Source of the DNA: a virus
Lineage: Duplodnaviria > Caudoviricetes
Direction: 5' to 3' (one strand)
IMG/VR virus record: IMGVR_UViG_3300037473_000433
Span: 1-46,088 of that record
Length of the DNA stretch: 46,088 bases
Of this stretch, positions 44,245 to 46,088 are shown in pieces; the stretch's first letter is position 1, and each line of letters opens with the position of its first letter. The notes under the pieces are model-generated. The model saw only the letters and a program-made list of their open reading frames with translations, did not search any database and was not told where the DNA came from. A program made the position numbers and the translations under genes.

Positions 44245-44568
44245 TTATTTATCCTTTTTGAGTTCCGCCAGCAGTTCAACCAGAAGTTTTTGCGTCTCGC
44301 GGGATTCGTCCCGCGCCCGAACATTGCCCTCATGGATCAATTTCATCGCCTGGGCAATTTGAAGCAGCGCCTCCCGCATCTGGGCATTCGTTTCAGACTG
44401 CTGCGACAGTACCTGATTGACCCTGATTTTTTCCGATTCCAACCGGCCGGCAGCCTCCAGCGACGCCCGCCCCCCGCCGGTATATGCCAAAACCAGCGCA
44501 ATTCCCAACAACAGGGCCGGAACCATGATCCGTTCCAGCCGCAAAAATACGCGATCCACTGCTATCAT
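44245..44568 (-). CDS. Single-TM plus coiled-coil membrane protein
   Basis: IMVPALLLGIALVLAY, then coiled coil; start placed at MIAVD. Confidence 0.55.
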   Translation of the reverse strand: MIAVDRVFLRLERIMVPALLLGIALVLAYTGGGRASLEAAGRLESEKIRVNQVLSQQSETNAQMREALLQIAQAMKLIHEGNVRARDESRETQKLLVELLAELKKDK

Positions 44569-44596
44569 TTTTGGCCCCGCGAGCGTCCGGGTTATC

Positions 44597-45007
44597 TCAA
44601 CTACTGTTGTCGTAATAATGGCCCAGCAATGCATCAATTGCCGCCGCATGACGTTCTATCTCGCGAATCCTATCGGGCGGCAGTCCCTCAAATCCCACCA
44701 ACAGGATTTTGGTGATCCGCAACAGGGATTGATTTTTGTTAATTTGATTCTGCGACGCCTCAACGGTCCGCTCATAACTATCCGCCAGTCGTTGCAGATT
44801 CAGGGCATTCTGTTTGATGTGCTCCGTCGCGGTATTTGTTAGCGTAATCTGGGCATTGATCACGGTTGGTCCGTATTTGATCAACCCGACCAGCAAAACA
44901 ACGACTATCGCTCCGGCCCATCCAAATTTTTCAACGAGCTTCGTGAATCCATCCCAGACAGACAAATCGACGGGATCAGCCGCCAGGAGCAGAAACGCTG
45001 ACTGCAT
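44597..45007 (-). CDS. Single-TM plus coiled-coil membrane protein (holin-like)
   Basis: FGWAGAIVVVLLVGLI, then coiled coil; start placed at MQSAFL. Confidence 0.55.
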   Translation of the reverse strand: MQSAFLLLAADPVDLSVWDGFTKLVEKFGWAGAIVVVLLVGLIKYGPTVINAQITLTNTATEHIKQNALNLQRLADSYERTVEASQNQINKNQSLLRITKILLVGFEGLPPDRIREIERHAAAIDALLGHYYDNSS

Positions 45008-45575
45008 TTTCGCCCCCTGCAACCCGTTGTAGTTCCGCCCATTTCTGGGTGCTGATATCCCGACAGGTCCCAACAAATACGCGATGTTCGCCGGACGCGT
45101 CCCAGATTTCAGAAATCGTCAACCGCAGCGGGAATAGCGTTCCGTCCTTTTTACGTCCTATCAGATCCCGCCCGACGCCGATAATGCGTTTTTCCCCTGT
45201 TTTCAAATACGCCGCAATGTACCCATCATGGGCGGAATGGTACGGTTCCGGCATCAGTAGTTTAACGTTCTCGCCAACCAGTTCACCCAGTTTGTATCCG
45301 AACAGCATGACAGCCGCCGGATTGGCATTCTGGACAATCCCATCCTCGCCGATCTGGACAGTCGCCTCGCCGACGTCGCAAAGTTCGCGGGTATGGGGAA
45401 TGGCGCGGATCAGCGACAACGTTCGACGGTAGCCCCACCAGGCGAACGCAGCGACGATCAACGCAAGCACGAGAATGGCTGGCGCGGTATCCAATGCTGT
45501 CAACCGAATGGGGTTCCCGCCGCCATTGGGACCGTATGGATACCCAAACGATAGCAGGCCGGGCGTTGATTGCAA
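44976..45575 (-). CDS. Membrane-anchored stand-alone PAS domain protein, FixL heme-PAS-like (start uncertain)
   Basis: TM helix, then NPAAVMLFGY...LVGENVKLLMPEPYHSAHDGYIAAYLKTGEKRIIGVGR...GRKKDGTLFPL...FVGTCRDIS. Confidence 0.8.
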   Translation of the reverse strand: MQSTPGLLSFGYPYGPNGGGNPIRLTALDTAPAILVLALIVAAFAWWGYRRTLSLIRAIPHTRELCDVGEATVQIGEDGIVQNANPAAVMLFGYKLGELVGENVKLLMPEPYHSAHDGYIAAYLKTGEKRIIGVGRDLIGRKKDGTLFPLRLTISEIWDASGEHRVFVGTCRDISTQKWAELQRVAGGENAVSVSAPGG

Positions 45576-45595
45576 CCCGAACCGGAAAAACTTTC

Positions 45596-45661
45596 AGAAT
45601 CTATACGGAATCTGACGATCCAGACTTGTATAGATTTCGTTCCCGATATAGATTTCTATAC
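45596..45661. promoter_or_regulatory. Cluster of operator-like sites matching the early-promoter palindrome, at a divergent junction
   Basis: ATATAGATTTCTATAC (45646-45661), half sites GTATAGATTTC (45628-45638) and AGAATCTATAC (45596-45606). Confidence 0.6.
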
Positions 45662-45720
45662 AGCCAGTTAACGCTAACCCGTAACCAGCCGTCTCTGTAA
45701 CCCAAAGAGAAAGGACCGAC

Positions 45721-45945
45721 ATGAGCGACAAGCCCGGAGACGCGACAAAAGGCGGAATGACGTTCGGGTCCGCATTGGCCCTCCTGTTCATCGGCCTGAA
45801 GTTGGGCGGGGTGATCGACTGGTCGTGGTGGTGGGCGCTCTCCCCGCCATTGGCCGCCGTTCTGGCTTTCTTGTGCTGTCTCTGTGCAATCGCTGGCGCC
45901 TGCTTAGTCGGCGCGGCAGTTATCGAGAAGGTGGGTGGCAAGTGA
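45721..45945 (+). CDS. Small multi-TM phage membrane protein
   Basis: LALLFIGLKLGGVIDWSWWWALSP motif; AAGGA Shine-Dalgarno. Confidence 0.75.
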   Translation: MSDKPGDATKGGMTFGSALALLFIGLKLGGVIDWSWWWALSPPLAAVLAFLCCLCAIAGACLVGAAVIEKVGGK

Positions 45946-45956
45946 AATTAGCACTG

Positions 45957-46088
45957 ATGATCCCACCCATGTCGACTGACACCCCCGAATTGCGGCTCAC
46001 CAATGCCGAGCGGATGGAGATCCGTCGAGAGGGAGACTGGAGGTGGGAGGCGATATGGCTGAATGCTGTGCTGATCGAACGCGAAGAC
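45957..46088 (+). CDS. Partial hypothetical protein
   Basis: Open to the window end (MIPPMSTDTPELRLT...). Confidence 0.35.
   Translation, partial: MIPPMSTDTPELRLTNAERMEIRREGDWRWEAIWLNAVLIERED

Larger units (their letters stand above)
1..46088. mobile_element. Tailed dsDNA bacteriophage genome segment (siphovirus-like head-neck-tail module); free phage versus prophage cannot be decided
   Basis: Syntenic terS-terL-portal-protease-capsid-neck-tail tube-chaperone-tape measure genes; no host housekeeping genes or integrase seen. Confidence 0.95.

Noticed and set aside
1-46088. tRNA, rRNA, integrase or att sites
   Set aside because: None recognisable by eye; a tRNAscan/Infernal run would be needed to exclude small RNAs

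Overview
The whole window reads as part of a tailed dsDNA phage genome with siphovirus-type morphogenesis genes. A Planctomycetota host is suggested by protein style only, and no integrase or replication genes are visible. It has three blocks. (1) 1-24976, minus strand: small unknown genes, terminase small and large subunits, a portal fused to a MuF domain, a prohead protease fused to an AAA+ ATPase, an HK97-fold capsid, a glycosyltransferase, neck and tail genes with a -1 frameshifted tail chaperone, the tape measure protein, tail-tip genes, and a second glycosyltransferase cut by the window edge. (2) About 25200-33160, plus strand: an array of 15 short unknown ORFs (one probably two fused genes). 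Almost every one is preceded by the same polar ~25-bp motif (AACCCCCGCWA-N4-5-TTTCTGAAA). Consensus sigma70 promoters overlapping a palindromic operator drive the array. This stretch is almost free of GAG/CTC, AAG/CTT and GTG/CAC in every frame (about 8 occurrences in ~7 kb by manual scan). It lies next to a probable packaging terminus and looks like a first-ejected, sequence-scrubbed, modular anti-defence or host-takeover leader. This is the best candidate for an undescribed system. (3) 33243-45575, minus strand: probable virion/fibre proteins, a secreted Calx-beta plus polysaccharide-lyase-like protein, a thioredoxin-methyltransferase fusion, a papain-like peptidase, several membrane/coiled-coil proteins and a stand-alone FixL-like PAS protein. 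All functional calls come from motif recognition by eye; no database searches were run.
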